A stretch of DNA of 64,000 nt. It comes from Flavobacteriales bacterium. GTDB taxonomy: Bacteria; Bacteroidota; Bacteroidia; Flavobacteriales; UBA7312. Location: positions 266,543-330,542 of the forward strand of contig CBFIDK010000001.1 in NCBI GenBank assembly GCA_965661345.1, written 5' to 3'. Shown in pieces: positions 18,491-30,114 of the stretch. The position numbers were made by a program, and so were the translations under genes. Every line of letters starts with the position of its first letter. Position 1 is the first letter of the stretch. The notes under the pieces are model-generated. The model did not search any database. It was not told the DNA's origin and worked only from the letters and a program-made list of their open reading frames with translations.

Positions 18491-19519
18491 AGAATTCCAG
18501 TTAGTCTGATGGTCAGAAAGGTTCAGCCCTTTAAAATCATTTACTTTTTCAAGAGCTATAGATAAATCAAATGTACGCTGAGGCATAGCGAAAGCCAATT
18601 TCTTATCGTAGTAATAAGTAGCTAAGTATTCTTGTTCTGTTTGTCCGGGTGTCGGTACAAAAATGGCCTTCTTATTTAACTTTGCAAGATCCATCACAGT
18701 AGAATATCCAGAACGACTAATTACTACATCGGCATTCATCATCGCTTGGTTTAACTCTGATGATTTTAGGTGACCGACTATTTTTAAATTTTCAATTTGT
18801 TTCTCAGAATTATCTTCCGTTTTCCCCAGTACTAAAAGCGCTTTTTTCTTAGAAGCTAAGAGCTGTTTTTTAAGGATATTCTCAAAAAGGGTACGTTGCG
18901 GCTCTGGACCAGAAATTACAGCAAGGATTTCAAGTTCTTCAGTTTTTTTCAGGCTCTCAAAGCGCGATAAACAGCCAACAAAGTGACTGTTGATTTGGGG
19001 CAAATTAGAGTTTGTTAAATTACCACTTAACAGGTGGTCGTTAGAGTCGGGAATCCAGCAAGCGTCATACTTTTCAATATATTTAAAATTAATATTTTGA
19101 ATCCATTGACTAAGGATTGGCGATTGTATATTGAGTTGGTGAGTAATAAATACACAGGGAATTTTTTTGGAGTACAAACCAAAACGATTATCAGAAATTA
19201 CACCATCAATTTTATAATCTTCAATAATTTGATTTAGAATTTTATTCTCTTTACGAATTCCTCTCCAAATTTTTAGGCTTTGACTAATCATGCTCCAAGC
19301 CATATTTCCACTTTTTGGATAATGGATATTATAGCTTTCTAGTTTTATGAAATCTCTGTTTGGGAATTCACCCATTAATAAATCCAATGGGCGACCACTA
19401 GCGGCTAAAATAACTTCAAAACCATGCGCTTCTAGTTGCCTAGCTATTGGAATACAACGGCTAGCATGACCTAACCCCCAATCTAGTGGAGCTATCAGAA
19501 TTCGTTTTTTGTTATTCAC
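18473..19519 (-). CDS. GT-B glycosyltransferase (GT28/MJ1255-like)
   Basis: LIAPLDWGLGHASR, ISDNRFG, ISRSGYSTVMD, PTPGQTEQEYLA. Confidence 0.85.
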   Translation of the reverse strand: MNNKKRILIAPLDWGLGHASRCIPIARQLEAHGFEVILAASGRPLDLLMGEFPNRDFIKLESYNIHYPKSGNMAWSMISQSLKIWRGIRKENKILNQIIEDYKIDGVISDNRFGLYSKKIPCVFITHQLNIQSPILSQWIQNINFKYIEKYDACWIPDSNDHLLSGNLTNSNLPQINSHFVGCLSRFESLKKTEELEILAVISGPEPQRTLFENILKKQLLASKKKALLVLGKTEDNSEKQIENLKIVGHLKSSELNQAMMNADVVISRSGYSTVMDLAKLNKKAIFVPTPGQTEQEYLATYYYDKKLAFAMPQRTFDLSIALEKVNDFKGLNLSDHQTNWNSLFALF

Positions 19520-19545
19520 CCTTCGAAAGTAGGTATTTTTTGAAC

Positions 19546-19553
19546 TATTTTTG
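19546..19553 (+). promoter_or_regulatory. -7 element (TATTTTTG) for trmB
   Basis: Exact match; supports the TTG start at 19569. A variant (TACTTTCG, 19524-19531) faces the other way for the glycosyltransferase. Confidence 0.5.
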
Positions 19554-19568
19554 CTGAAAATTATTTCA

Positions 19569-20234
19569 TTGGCAAAAAATAAGCTCCGTAAATTTTCTCA
19601 AATGGCTGAATACCACAACGTATTTCAGCCCACTTTTGACGAACTAAAATCAAATTTTCCCTTAAAAGGAAACTGGAAGTCAACTTTTTTCAAAAACGAC
19701 AATCCTTTAGTAGTAGAGTTGGGTTGTGGCAAAGGCGAGTATTCGGTTGGTTTAGCTCAAAAATACCCCCAAAAAAACTTTTTAGGCATTGATGTGAAAG
19801 GTGCAAGAATGTGGCAAGGCGCTACACAAGCCATTGACCAAAAACTCGATAATGTTGCTTTTCTAAGAACTAGAATTGAATTTATTGAATGGTGCTTTGG
19901 TTCTGATGAAGTCGATGAAATATGGATTACTTTCCCAGACCCTCAGATTAAAAAGAAAAGAGCTAAAAATAGACTCACTCATCCGGTTTTTTTAGAACGG
20001 TACTCTAGAATTTTAAAAAAAGACGGTTTGATACACCTCAAAACAGATTCTCAATTTTTACACGGTTACACTTTGGGGATTATTGAAGGTAATCATCATG
20101 TTTTAGAAGATGCCGAGCACGATATTTACAACGCTCAACTTCAACGTCCAGATATGAGTATCAAAACACACTACGAGAACTTATTTTTAGATAAAGATAT
20201 GCCCATAACTTATCTGAGGTTTAGACTTCAATAA
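19569..20234 (+). CDS. trmB: tRNA (guanine-N7)-methyltransferase
   Basis: VELGCGKGEY, GIDVKGAR, WITFPDPQ, HLKTDS, T.YE motifs. Confidence 0.93.
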   Translation: MAKNKLRKFSQMAEYHNVFQPTFDELKSNFPLKGNWKSTFFKNDNPLVVELGCGKGEYSVGLAQKYPQKNFLGIDVKGARMWQGATQAIDQKLDNVAFLRTRIEFIEWCFGSDEVDEIWITFPDPQIKKKRAKNRLTHPVFLERYSRILKKDGLIHLKTDSQFLHGYTLGIIEGNHHVLEDAEHDIYNAQLQRPDMSIKTHYENLFLDKDMPITYLRFRLQ

Positions 20235-20248
20235 CACGTTTACTAAGC

Positions 20249-20575
20249 ATGCCAGAGAAGTCATTTTTTCAGAAAGTATATGAGGTTGCAGCTCAAATTC
20301 CTGAAGGAAAAGTAAGTACTTATGGTGCAATTGCAAAATACATAAGTAGTGCAAATGCCTCGAGAATGGTGGGTTGGGCATTGAATAAAGCCGATACGCT
20401 TGAAGTTCCGGCACATCGTGTGGTTAACCGAATAGGAATGTTGAGCGGAAAGTATCATTTTGATGGAGTTACCCTAATGCAACAATTGTTGGAAAATGAG
20501 GGAGTCAGAGTTATTGATAATCAAGTTCAAGATTTTGAAAATGTGTTTTGGGACCCTAGTAAAGAATTGATTTGA
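20249..20575 (+). CDS. MGMT/alkyltransferase-like (Atl/YbaZ) DNA-binding protein
   Basis: IPEGKVSTYGAIA, RMVGWAL, VPAHRVVN: Ala replaces the catalytic Cys of PCHRV. Confidence 0.88.
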   Translation: MPEKSFFQKVYEVAAQIPEGKVSTYGAIAKYISSANASRMVGWALNKADTLEVPAHRVVNRIGMLSGKYHFDGVTLMQQLLENEGVRVIDNQVQDFENVFWDPSKELI

Positions 20576-20602
20576 ATTAGTTTATTTAAAAAGGCAATTG
20601 CG

Positions 20603-20610
20603 TATCTTTG
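20603..20610 (+). promoter_or_regulatory. -7 element (TATCTTTG) for the mrp-nifU-korAB operon
   Basis: Exact match 8 nt before ATG 20619. Confidence 0.58.
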
Positions 20611-20618
20611 CACCTACA

Positions 20619-21743
20619 ATGAAGATAACAAAAGATCAGATATTAAAAGCCTTAGCTAGTTTTACTTTACCCAATGGCGGTAAAGATTTAGTTTCAGCAA
20701 AAGCCGTACGTAACATTCAAATCTTTGGCACGGAAGTATTACTTGATATAGAAATCAATAATCCAACACTTCAATACAAAAAGAAGGTTGAGGTAGATTG
20801 CATAAAAGCCATTCATGATTTTGTTTATGAAAAAGCAGATGTAAAGGTGAATTTAATCATCAATGCACCTGAAAAACAAGCTAACATTATACGAGGAAAT
20901 GAAATCCCTGGTGTCAAAAATATAATTGCCATAGCTTCAGGAAAAGGTGGAGTAGGAAAGTCTACCGTCTCTGCAAATTTAGCTGTAGCACTAGCCGATA
21001 AAGGATACAAAGTTGGCCTAGTAGATGCTGATATTTATGGACCTTCAATGCCAATAATGTTCGATGTGGTTAACGCAAAACCACAGGGGAAAGAGGTAGA
21101 TGGCAAGCGAAAAATATTACCTGTTGAAAGCTATGGAGTGAAGCTGTTATCCATTGGTTTTTTTGCAAATACTGATCAAGCAGTTGTATGGAGAGGAGCC
21201 ATGGCATCCAAAGCTTTGAATCAAATGTTATGGGATACTGATTGGGGCGATTTGGATTTTATGTTAATCGATTTGCCACCAGGAACAGGAGATATTCACT
21301 TGTCTTTAGTGCAGTCGATACCAGTAGGTGCCGCCATTGTAGTAAGTACGCCTCAGAATATAGCCTTAGCAGATGCTCGTAAAGGTGTGGCAATGTTTCA
21401 AATGGACTCTATTAATGTGCCTGTTTTGGGCTTAGTAGAAAACATGTCTTACTTTTCACCAGAAGAATTGCCAAATAATAAATATTATATATTTGGGAAA
21501 GAAGGCGCAAAGGCTTTATCCGAGCGATTGAATTTACCGCTATTAGCAGAAATACCACTTGTCCAGAGTATTAGAGAAGCGGCAGACATAGGTCGTCCAG
21601 CAGTTTTACAAGGTGCTACTCCAGCCGCAATGGCGTATATGGATTTGGCCGATAAAACAGTTGTAGAAATGAATAAAAGAAATGCTTTAGAGCCTACTAA
21701 AAAAGTAGAAATAACAAATATGAACGGTTGTTCAACAAAATAA
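20619..21743 (+). CDS. mrp: Mrp/ApbC (NBP35-family) Fe-S cluster carrier ATPase with N-terminal DUF59-like domain
   Basis: IASGKGGVGKST, DADIYGPS, VVWRGAM, DLPPGTGD, VENMSYF. Confidence 0.92.
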   Translation: MKITKDQILKALASFTLPNGGKDLVSAKAVRNIQIFGTEVLLDIEINNPTLQYKKKVEVDCIKAIHDFVYEKADVKVNLIINAPEKQANIIRGNEIPGVKNIIAIASGKGGVGKSTVSANLAVALADKGYKVGLVDADIYGPSMPIMFDVVNAKPQGKEVDGKRKILPVESYGVKLLSIGFFANTDQAVVWRGAMASKALNQMLWDTDWGDLDFMLIDLPPGTGDIHLSLVQSIPVGAAIVVSTPQNIALADARKGVAMFQMDSINVPVLGLVENMSYFSPEELPNNKYYIFGKEGAKALSERLNLPLLAEIPLVQSIREAADIGRPAVLQGATPAAMAYMDLADKTVVEMNKRNALEPTKKVEITNMNGCSTK

Positions 21744-21744
21744 G

Positions 21745-22005
21745 ATGGGGATAATTACAGATTCAGCAATAATTGATAAGATTGAAGAGGCTTTAGCACA
21801 AGTGCGACCTTTTCTCGAATCAGATGGTGGAGACATTAGACTAATTGAAGTTACTGATGATTATGTAGTAAAAGTTAAACTTCTAGGCGCTTGTAGCGAT
21901 TGTCATGTAAGTATGATGACGCTAAAAGCAGGCGTTGAACAAACCATCAAAAAGGTATTGCCAGAAGTAAAAGAAGTAGTTGATATTGATAAAATAGACA
22001 GTTAA
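21745..22005 (+). CDS. NifU-C (NfuA-like) Fe-S scaffold/carrier
   Basis: VRPFLESDGGDI...LLGACSDC...TLKAGVEQ (CxxC). Confidence 0.92.
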   Translation: MGIITDSAIIDKIEEALAQVRPFLESDGGDIRLIEVTDDYVVKVKLLGACSDCHVSMMTLKAGVEQTIKKVLPEVKEVVDIDKIDS

Positions 22006-22006
22006 A

Positions 22007-23842
22007 ATGACTCAAGAAACGGTCGAAAAAGTAGTCATATTTTTTGCTGGAGATTCTGGAGATGGTATTCAGTTAACAGGTTCACAATTTACCAATACAG
22101 CAGCTCTGTATGGAAATGACCTAAGCACCTTCCCTGACTTTCCCGCTGAAATTAGAGCCCCTCAAGGCACATTAGCCGGTGTTTCTGGTTTCCAATTATC
22201 GTTTGGAAGTACAGAAATTTTCACTCCAGGAGACGAATGTGACGTGTTAGTTGTAATGAATGTAGCGGCTTTAAAAGCCAATATCAAGCGACTAAAAAAA
22301 GGAGGTGCTATAATTGTCAACACGGACGGTTTTGATAAAAGAAACCTTAGACTTGCTGGATATGATGATGGTGAAAACCCCCTTTCAGACAATTCGCTTT
22401 CTGACTACAGAGTTAGTGAAATGAATGTTACTAAACTAACGCGAGAATGTTTAGTTGATATCACTCTTGGAATAAAAGAAAAAGACCGTTGCAAAAATAT
22501 GTTTGTCCTTGGTTTTGTCTATTGGATGTATAACAGAACTCTAAATCATACCATTGACTTTTTAACCCAAAAGTTCAAGTCCAAGCCAGAGGTGTTAGAA
22601 GCTAATATAAAGGTGCTAAAAGCGGGGTATAACTTTGCTGATACTTGTGAAATTTCGTCGAGTCGATTTGAAGTGAAGCCTGCAAAAATGAGTGCCGGTA
22701 CTTACCGTAATATTATGGGTAACCAAGCAACAGCTATGGGACTAATTGCCGCCTCTCAACAGTCCGGCTTAGAACTCTTTTATGGGACTTACCCCATTAC
22801 CCCTGCATCGGATATTTTACATGAGTTAGCTAAGCACAAGAATTTTGGCGTGAAGTCGTTTCAAGCTGAAGATGAAATTGCCGCAGTTAGTGCTGCAATA
22901 GGAGCATCATTTGGTGGGTCTTTGGGCGTTACGGCTACTTCAGGCCCTGGTGTTGCCTTAAAAGGTGAAGCCATTGGATTAGCATTTATGTTGGAATTGC
23001 CATTGGTAATTGTCAATGTTCAAAGAGGTGGGCCTTCAACAGGATTGCCAACAAAAACCGAGCAAGCGGATTTATTGCAAGCCATGTACGGAAGAAATGG
23101 AGAAGCCCCAATTCCAGTAGTATCTGCAAGTACACCATCCGATTGTTTTGAAGCTTCTTTAGAAGCGTGCCGAATTGCTATTGAACACATGACGCCAGTT
23201 TTCTTTTTGTCAGATGGATATATAGCCAATGGTGCTGAACCTTGGATGTTTCCTCAGTCAAAAGACTTGAAAGAAATTAAAGTGCCAATGACCACTAAGA
23301 CTGAAGATTATTTGCCATACAAGCGCGATGAAAAACTCGTGCGCGAGTGGGCAATTCCTGGGATGGCTGGTCTTGAACACCGTCTTGGTGGATTGGAAAA
23401 AGAGAACGAAACAGGCAACGTATCATACGACTCTGATAACCATGAATTTATGGTGAAAACTAGAGCTGAAAAAGTAGAACGAATAGCCGACTTTATACCC
23501 CTTCAAGGAATCGATTCTGGGGCTGACAAAGGCAAGGTTTTAGTATTGGCTTGGGGCTCAACTTATGGTGCTGTAAAAACTGCCGTAAAAGAGTTGCTTA
23601 TAGAAGGCTATTCAGTTTCACATGCTCATTTAAGGTATATTAATCCTTTGCCTAAAAACCTTAGCCAACTATTAAATGGCTTTGATAGCGTATTGATTCC
23701 TGAGATAAACGATGGTCAATTGATAAAAATTATTAGAGATAAATATTTGATTGACGCTATTCCTTTTAACAAGATAAAAGGAACGCCTTTTGAGGCAAGA
23801 GAAATAAAGAACAGAATAATTGAATTGCACGATGGAAAATAA
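22007..23842 (+). CDS. korA: 2-oxoacid:ferredoxin oxidoreductase alpha subunit
   Basis: [40 protein letters not shown]. Confidence 0.92.
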   Translation: MTQETVEKVVIFFAGDSGDGIQLTGSQFTNTAALYGNDLSTFPDFPAEIRAPQGTLAGVSGFQLSFGSTEIFTPGDECDVLVVMNVAALKANIKRLKKGGAIIVNTDGFDKRNLRLAGYDDGENPLSDNSLSDYRVSEMNVTKLTRECLVDITLGIKEKDRCKNMFVLGFVYWMYNRTLNHTIDFLTQKFKSKPEVLEANIKVLKAGYNFADTCEISSSRFEVKPAKMSAGTYRNIMGNQATAMGLIAASQQSGLELFYGTYPITPASDILHELAKHKNFGVKSFQAEDEIAAVSAAIGASFGGSLGVTATSGPGVALKGEAIGLAFMLELPLVIVNVQRGGPSTGLPTKTEQADLLQAMYGRNGEAPIPVVSASTPSDCFEASLEACRIAIEHMTPVFFLSDGYIANGAEPWMFPQSKDLKEIKVPMTTKTEDYLPYKRDEKLVREWAIPGMAGLEHRLGGLEKENETGNVSYDSDNHEFMVKTRAEKVERIADFIPLQGIDSGADKGKVLVLAWGSTYGAVKTAVKELLIEGYSVSHAHLRYINPLPKNLSQLLNGFDSVLIPEINDGQLIKIIRDKYLIDAIPFNKIKGTPFEAREIKNRIIELHDGK

Positions 23843-24833
23843 AGGATACACTGCTAAAGATTTTTCTTCTGATCAAGAAGTGCGTTGGTGTCCAGGTTGT
23901 GGAGACTATTCCATTCTAAAGCAGGTTCAATCTGTAATGCCAGAAATAGGTGTTGACAAGGAAGATATAGTTTTTATTTCTGGTATTGGCTGTTCATCCA
24001 GATTTCCATATTACATGAATACTTTTGGGATGCACTCTATTCACGGTAGAGCTACAGCTATTGCTAGTGGATTGAAAGCCGCACGTCCCGATTTAAGTGT
24101 TTGGATAATTACAGGTGATGGCGATTCCTTATCGATTGGAGGAAATCACCTTATACATTTGCTTCGTAGAAATTTTGACACAAATATATTGCTGTTCAAC
24201 AACCAAATCTATGGACTAACTAAAGGGCAATATTCACCAACCTCTGAAAAAGGGAAAAAGACAAAATCTACCCCAATGGGTTCTATAGATCATCCGTTTA
24301 ATCCTTTGGCATTGTGTATGGGAGCAGACGCGACTTTCATTGCACGAACAATGGATAGAGACCCAAAACACATGAGGGAAATGCTAAAGCGGTCTAACGA
24401 TCACAAAGGCTCATCATTATTGGAAATCTATCAAAACTGTAACGTCTTTAACGATGGGGCTTTCTTTGGAATGACCGATAAGGAAACCAAAATGAATCAG
24501 ACTCTGTTTTTGGAAGATGGTCAGCCTTTACTCTTTGGCGAAAACAAATCAAAAGGAATAAAATTAGATGGGTTTAAGCCAGTAGTTGTATCAATGGAAG
24601 ATACTTCAGCCGACGATCTTTGGATACACGATGAAAAAGACCGCGTAAAAGCTGGTTTGCTGACTCGGTTTTTTGACGATGAAATGCCACGACCATTTGG
24701 CGTATTTTACTTAGAAGACAGAATGCTATATGAAGAAGCATTAGTTGGTCAAATAGAAGAAGCTAAAAACATAAAAGGACAAGGTAATTTAGACGAATTG
24801 CTGAAAGGGTCGAATACTTGGTCAATAGACTAA
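23832..24833 (+). CDS. korB: 2-oxoacid:ferredoxin oxidoreductase beta subunit
   Basis: [32 protein letters not shown] motif, [15 protein letters not shown]. Confidence 0.92.
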   Translation: MENKGYTAKDFSSDQEVRWCPGCGDYSILKQVQSVMPEIGVDKEDIVFISGIGCSSRFPYYMNTFGMHSIHGRATAIASGLKAARPDLSVWIITGDGDSLSIGGNHLIHLLRRNFDTNILLFNNQIYGLTKGQYSPTSEKGKKTKSTPMGSIDHPFNPLALCMGADATFIARTMDRDPKHMREMLKRSNDHKGSSLLEIYQNCNVFNDGAFFGMTDKETKMNQTLFLEDGQPLLFGENKSKGIKLDGFKPVVVSMEDTSADDLWIHDEKDRVKAGLLTRFFDDEMPRPFGVFYLEDRMLYEEALVGQIEEAKNIKGQGNLDELLKGSNTWSID

Positions 24834-27376
24834 AAGTCGAATTTTGCGCTAAATTTTATTCCCATTCCCCTTACTCCGAATGCACTACTGATTTGGTATT
24901 TATCATCTAGATAACTTATCCGTTGTATAATATCAATTCGTATAAATTTAAATACGTTGGTAATTCCAGCACTTACTTCAATGTAAGGAGTACGATTCAT
25001 TAAATGTGTTGTTTTTTCTCCATTACTATTTTCAGGAAATTGTAGTAATTCAGGATGTAGATTAGGGTTATTTTTGTCGCTTAAGCTACCAACGAGGGCT
25101 TTCAGTCCGATAACCTCTCGTACTTTTAACTTTTTTATCAGAGGTAACTTATTGAAAATAGCTCCTTTAAAGAAATGATTCCATTGAACGGTTACGTATT
25201 CATCGTTTATGAATTCTAGATAGTTCATAAGGTTGAAGGACTTAAACTGATAACCTAGTGACTGGTTTGCAATAGGGATTTGTAAAATAGGAAAAGGCGC
25301 TGTGCCCCAAAATTTACCAACTTCAACCTCAATATCTGAATATCCCAAAAGGGGGATGTATGACCGTTTGCCTAGTTCCAAACTACTTTTTGAAAAATTA
25401 TACTCCCCATTAAAAAAGCCTGTAAAACTTTGTGTATGATTTATGCTCACTATAGGATGTTTATTTTTTAGAATTCGTCTTTGATTTTTTGTCTGATAAA
25501 ACTGCTGTTTAGGGGCGTATCTAAGCTTTAGACTTACCTCATCAGTATTTATATGTTTATCGTATTTCCCAAACCCATCTATAAAAATTAATTCGCCTAA
25601 AGGTTTTAGTCGATTGTTATCGAAAAGAATATTAAAAGAAAACCCAGACTGAAATTCTTTTAAGTAGTCAAAATGAAAGTTATGTTTTAATATCATTTTA
25701 TCAGAAGCGTTACTATTAAAAGAGTGAAGAAAATTATCGTTATCTAAACTCTGAGAGTATTGCCCAGGGAATTGCGTGGCTCTCGAAATGGAAGTGTAAA
25801 TTCTATTCTGCGGAAAGCTTAAAAAATCTTCATTAAAAGAATAATTAAAGCCTGATAAATATTTTATTCTTAAATCTCCCAAGCCCATAGCAATGTGTCC
25901 GCTGATTTGATATTTTGGGTTAAATGCAGTTGTAGTTCTGCCACCCAATCTTAATTTAAGTCCTTCGATTTTGTTCCAACTAATAAATGTGGCAACAGTA
26001 CCTAGTTCATACCAATTGCAATTGATCCAGCCTGAAGTTAGTATTGATGAAGTCTCATTAATAATTTTAAATGTTTTGGTGTTTTGTATGCTATCAATCA
26101 TGGTATAAATACCTTCCTCATTTTCATTTAATTCTTCGTGTCTATTTTCTTGCCAGAAGTCAGTGCTTTTATATTGGTCTGATTTTATAACATCACCTCT
26201 TGAACTATATATAGAATCAACGGCTTCTTTATTTATCACAAAGTCTTTAAAGGAGGTGTTCTTTTTGCCTACAATTCCAGTTTGTTTTTCGCCAAAGCTA
26301 TAGTCAATGAAAATTGTATTACTGCTTTGCATCCATATTTCATTATTAACTTTCTTGAAATTTTGTTCGATTTTCAAATCATTAACAAAGTTGAGGTTAA
26401 TGTTTTTATTTACCCCCATTTCCAATTTTCTCATGGCGTATGAGCTGTCATTCACTACAAACATATTTCCGCTGAAAGCAAAATCGGTTTTTGAGCGAGG
26501 AGAAAATCCTAAATTAATGCATGAAATACCTTCTACATTTACAGTGTCGATGATAAAATACTTATAAATAACAGGTCCAACATCGTTTATTGGACTTGGG
26601 AATTGATTGCCAAACAGTTCGATTTGGTTTTGATAAATGTCAATTTCAGAATATAACTTTTCCATAATGTGACCTATGCCGTCGTTGTCCATTCTATTTA
26701 GACTGCCACTCATTTTAGTGCCATGAAGAATTTCTTTTTTAGTTTCTGGATTTTTTCTGAAGAATACTTTTGATAGGGTTTCTCTTATAAAAAATGGGAT
26801 AAAAGGTTTGCCATTAACTTCAGAGGTGTCTACGTAATTTTCAAAGACGAATTGAAAATTTTTCATGATTTTCTTTTCGGCTATTTTTTCGGAGAAATTA
26901 TTTAAGTCGAACTCTACTTTTTCATACTTGCTGTATTCGTAATAATCGAGTTTATGTTTCTGATTTATGTCTTTATTTTTAATGACCATTCGTGCCAGGT
27001 CTACAGCAGGATTTCCTTTGTTTTTATACTTCAGTTTTTTCTTTTCAACAATATTTACTGCAGCTAATTTTATTGATGTTGATTGCAGTTTAAAGTTTAT
27101 GGTCTGAGGTTTGTTGTATTCTATAGTTTTTGTTGAGGTGGTATATCCTATGAAAGAAGCGCTCAAATTTTCTGTTGCCCATTTTGTCTCAAGAGAATAT
27201 TTGCCATCAAAATCGGTGATGGTACCGACATTTGAGTTTTTGAATTTAATATTTACAAAGGGCATAGGCTCGTTGTTTTCATTAACAACTTTACCTTTTA
27301 CTCTAGTAGTTTGCGCCTTAGAAAAATGAAAAACAGTAGCAAATAAAAGCAGAAAAAGAAGATTATTTTTTTTCAT
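24830..27376 (-). CDS. DUF5686 family outer-membrane protein with N-terminal carboxypeptidase-regulatory-like domain
   Basis: Signal peptide; [16 protein letters not shown]...[10 protein letters not shown] domain; [11 protein letters not shown]; C-terminal aromatic F. Confidence 0.8.
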   Translation of the reverse strand: MKKNNLLFLLLFATVFHFSKAQTTRVKGKVVNENNEPMPFVNIKFKNSNVGTITDFDGKYSLETKWATENLSASFIGYTTSTKTIEYNKPQTINFKLQSTSIKLAAVNIVEKKKLKYKNKGNPAVDLARMVIKNKDINQKHKLDYYEYSKYEKVEFDLNNFSEKIAEKKIMKNFQFVFENYVDTSEVNGKPFIPFFIRETLSKVFFRKNPETKKEILHGTKMSGSLNRMDNDGIGHIMEKLYSEIDIYQNQIELFGNQFPSPINDVGPVIYKYFIIDTVNVEGISCINLGFSPRSKTDFAFSGNMFVVNDSSYAMRKLEMGVNKNINLNFVNDLKIEQNFKKVNNEIWMQSSNTIFIDYSFGEKQTGIVGKKNTSFKDFVINKEAVDSIYSSRGDVIKSDQYKSTDFWQENRHEELNENEEGIYTMIDSIQNTKTFKIINETSSILTSGWINCNWYELGTVATFISWNKIEGLKLRLGGRTTTAFNPKYQISGHIAMGLGDLRIKYLSGFNYSFNEDFLSFPQNRIYTSISRATQFPGQYSQSLDNDNFLHSFNSNASDKMILKHNFHFDYLKEFQSGFSFNILFDNNRLKPLGELIFIDGFGKYDKHINTDEVSLKLRYAPKQQFYQTKNQRRILKNKHPIVSINHTQSFTGFFNGEYNFSKSSLELGKRSYIPLLGYSDIEVEVGKFWGTAPFPILQIPIANQSLGYQFKSFNLMNYLEFINDEYVTVQWNHFFKGAIFNKLPLIKKLKVREVIGLKALVGSLSDKNNPNLHPELLQFPENSNGEKTTHLMNRTPYIEVSAGITNVFKFIRIDIIQRISYLDDKYQISSAFGVRGMGIKFSAKFDF

Positions 27377-27410
27377 CAAGTGGGCTTAAATAATAGCAAC
27401 GAATGTACTA

Positions 27411-28190
27411 TTATTTTAAGTCATTTGGAATTTTACATACAGGAATTGGAATCATTTTGTGCGTGTTGGCAGCGTTCAATCTAGTGTAGATGTCCAGAAC
27501 GTTTTGTTGTCTTTTGTTCAGTTCAGAAGGCAAGCCATCAAATGACATAGCCCATTCTAATTCGGCATAAGTTGCCCCAATTTGATCCTCATCACTTCTA
27601 TTGTCGCCCCAAAGTCCGTCGGTTGGTGCTGCAGTTAATATATCATCATTAACACCAAGTTCTTTGCCTAATGCGAATACTTCAGTTTTGAGTAAGTCTG
27701 CAATAGGACTAATGTCCACGCCTCCGTCTCCGTATTTAGTATAAAATCCGATGCCAAAATCCTCAACTTTATTGCCTGTGCCAACAACTAAATACGAATG
27801 TAATTGGGCGTAATAATATAAAGTAGTCATTCTTATTCTAGCGCGTGAATTGACTAATGAAATCATATGATTTTCAAGGCTTTCATCAATGCTAACGGTT
27901 TCAACAAACTGATCATAAATACCGCTTAAATCTACACAAGCTGAACTAACATTTGGATACGTTGATTTTAACCAGTTTATGTGCTGATTAGCTCTAGTTA
28001 CTTGTTCTTTTTGTTGATGAATAGGCATTTCCAAACATAAAACAGGGACGCCAGTTTTTGCCGCTAAAGTTGATGTGACTGCGGAGTCGATTCCTCCAGA
28101 AACACCAATTACAAAACCTTTAGATTTTGACGTGTTAAGGTAGCTTGACAGCCAATTGCAAATGTATTCTGTACATTCTTTTGTTCGCAT
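27411..28190 (-). CDS. nadE: NH3-dependent NAD+ synthetase
   Basis: IGVSGGIDSA, NSRARIRM, GTGNKVE...GFYTKYGDGG, APTDGLW...SDEDQIG. Confidence 0.95.
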   Translation of the reverse strand: MRTKECTEYICNWLSSYLNTSKSKGFVIGVSGGIDSAVTSTLAAKTGVPVLCLEMPIHQQKEQVTRANQHINWLKSTYPNVSSACVDLSGIYDQFVETVSIDESLENHMISLVNSRARIRMTTLYYYAQLHSYLVVGTGNKVEDFGIGFYTKYGDGGVDISPIADLLKTEVFALGKELGVNDDILTAAPTDGLWGDNRSDEDQIGATYAELEWAMSFDGLPSELNKRQQNVLDIYTRLNAANTHKMIPIPVCKIPNDLK

Positions 28191-28197
28191 AGTCTGG

Positions 28198-28205
28198 CAA
28201 AGTTA
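28198..28205 (-). promoter_or_regulatory. -7 element (TAACTTTG) for nadE
   Basis: CAAAGTTA on + strand, 7 nt before the ATG. Confidence 0.55.
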
Positions 28206-28225
28206 ATAAATCGTAATTTTACAAC

Positions 28226-29200
28226 ATGAAAAAGTTAGGATTAAGTTTGTGTTTTTTCTTGCTAGTTATTCAGTTTTCGTGTGATAATTCTAGGCATTAC
28301 TATTCAGATTTAGAAGTTTTACGTTTGGATAGCCTATATGTTGTTGATGTAGAAAACGCTTCTTTTAACACATATGCAAAAGATTATGGATACTTCTGGA
28401 AGTTGTATACCCAGGAAGTGATTCCATTACCTGAGGAAAATTTTAAAGATTCGCTCCTTAACTTTCAAGTGGAAGAAGATTTTCAAAGACCTTACAAGCA
28501 ATTAAGTAAACAATTTGCAGATTTTTCAACTTACGAAAAAGAGTTTGCCGAAGCTTTTTATTTTTACAATCAGTCGTTTCCAACTAAAGTAGTGCCTAAA
28601 ATTGTAACATTCTTTGGAGGGTTTAATTATATCGCTATTGCTACTGATAGTACACTCGGTATAGGGCTGGAAATGTTTTTAGGAAATGATGCTGAATACT
28701 ACCAGAAAATAATTCAAAAATTCCCGGCCTATATGCATTACCGCTTTCAGCCAAGTCATATGGTAGCTCTTTCTGTAGATGGTTGGTTAGAGTCTGAATT
28801 TCCACTTATTCATGCAGATTTTCTATCACAAATGATTCATTATGGGAAGTTAAAATACGCTTTGAGTCAGTTCATGAAAAACACCCCAAGTCATATTATT
28901 ATGGGGTATTCCAAAGAGCAACTAGATTGGTGTGAAAATAGCGAGTTTTCAATTTGGAAATTTTTAATTGAAGAAGGATTATTATACAGTACAGACCAAT
29001 TTTTAATTAGCAAATACATTATGCCAGCGCCTTATTCCAAAGGTATGCCTATAGAATCGCCTGGACAGGTAGCCGTATGGGTTGGGTGGAATATCGTCAA
29101 AGAATTTATGAGTAATCATCCTGAAATCAGTATCAATGAGCTTTTTCAGATTAACGATGCTCAGTATATTTTAAACGAATCAAAATATAAACCAAGATGA
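28226..29200 (+). CDS. gldB: Gliding motility lipoprotein GldB
   Basis: Lipoprotein signal (QFSC); LSQMIHYGKLKY, MGYSKEQLDWC, PAPYSK...ESPGQVAVWVGWNIV; ATGA overlap with gldC. Confidence 0.85.
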   Translation: MKKLGLSLCFFLLVIQFSCDNSRHYYSDLEVLRLDSLYVVDVENASFNTYAKDYGYFWKLYTQEVIPLPEENFKDSLLNFQVEEDFQRPYKQLSKQFADFSTYEKEFAEAFYFYNQSFPTKVVPKIVTFFGGFNYIAIATDSTLGIGLEMFLGNDAEYYQKIIQKFPAYMHYRFQPSHMVALSVDGWLESEFPLIHADFLSQMIHYGKLKYALSQFMKNTPSHIIMGYSKEQLDWCENSEFSIWKFLIEEGLLYSTDQFLISKYIMPAPYSKGMPIESPGQVAVWVGWNIVKEFMSNHPEISINELFQINDAQYILNESKYKPR

Positions 29201-29523
29201 CAAAAAAACAATCAGAAATAAAAATCAATATAGATTTAGATAGTAATAATGTTCCAGAACGAATGCAGTGGGAGGCTTCTGATGGAGGGCAAAATCTTTC
29301 AGATTGTAAAGCTGCTTTCCTTTCATTTTGGGATACAAAATCAAAAGAAACGTTACGAATTGATCTTTGGACTAAAGAGATGAGAACCGATGAAATGAAA
29401 CATTTTTTTCATCAAACTTTAGTGTCAATGGCGGATACCTTAGAGAGGGCAACTTCGGAGGATAAAATGGCGGCAGATATGCGCGATTTTTGCCATCACT
29501 TTGCTGAAAAGCTATTGAAATAA
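29197..29523 (+). CDS. gldC: Gliding motility protein GldC
   Basis: [35 protein letters not shown]. Confidence 0.92.
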   Translation: MTKKQSEIKINIDLDSNNVPERMQWEASDGGQNLSDCKAAFLSFWDTKSKETLRIDLWTKEMRTDEMKHFFHQTLVSMADTLERATSEDKMAADMRDFCHHFAEKLLK

Positions 29524-30111
29524 GGCATTCGTCTTTTCTACGAAAGCAAGTATTTCATCCTTTCCATTTTTGTTAACGGATGAGCTTAAAAATATTTGAG
29601 GTAATTCTTCCCAGCTTTTTAACATTTCTTTTTTGTAATTGGCTAAATTTTTTGCGCTTTCTGTTTTAGACAGTTTATCTTGTTTAGTAAAGCAAATAAC
29701 AAAAGGAATGTTATTTTCTCCTAGCCATTGCATAAATTCAATATCAATTTCTTGAGGTTTTAATCGAGAGTCGAGCAAAACACATAAGCACATCAAGTTT
29801 TCTCTTTTTAATAGGTACTTTTTGATGAACTGAGAAAATTCAAGCCGTTTGGTTTTAGATACTCCAGCGTATCCATAACCTGGCAAATCGACTAAGTACC
29901 AATTTTTATTTATGAGGAAGTGATTGATGAGTTGTGTTTTTCCTGGCCTTCCAGAAACTTTAGCCAAACTTTTTCGTTCAGTAAGCATATTGATTAATGA
30001 GGATTTACCCACATTAGATCGGCCAATAAAAGCGTATTCTGGTAAATTAGGAGCGGGGCATTTTTTAATATCAGTATTACTGATTATAAACTCAGCATTT
30101 TTGATTTGCAT
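29512..30111 (-). CDS. engB: Ribosome-biogenesis GTPase EngB/YihA
   Basis: [29 protein letters not shown]. Confidence 0.95.
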   Translation of the reverse strand: MQIKNAEFIISNTDIKKCPAPNLPEYAFIGRSNVGKSSLINMLTERKSLAKVSGRPGKTQLINHFLINKNWYLVDLPGYGYAGVSKTKRLEFSQFIKKYLLKRENLMCLCVLLDSRLKPQEIDIEFMQWLGENNIPFVICFTKQDKLSKTESAKNLANYKKEMLKSWEELPQIFLSSSVNKNGKDEILAFVEKTNALFQ

Positions 30112-30114
30112 CGT

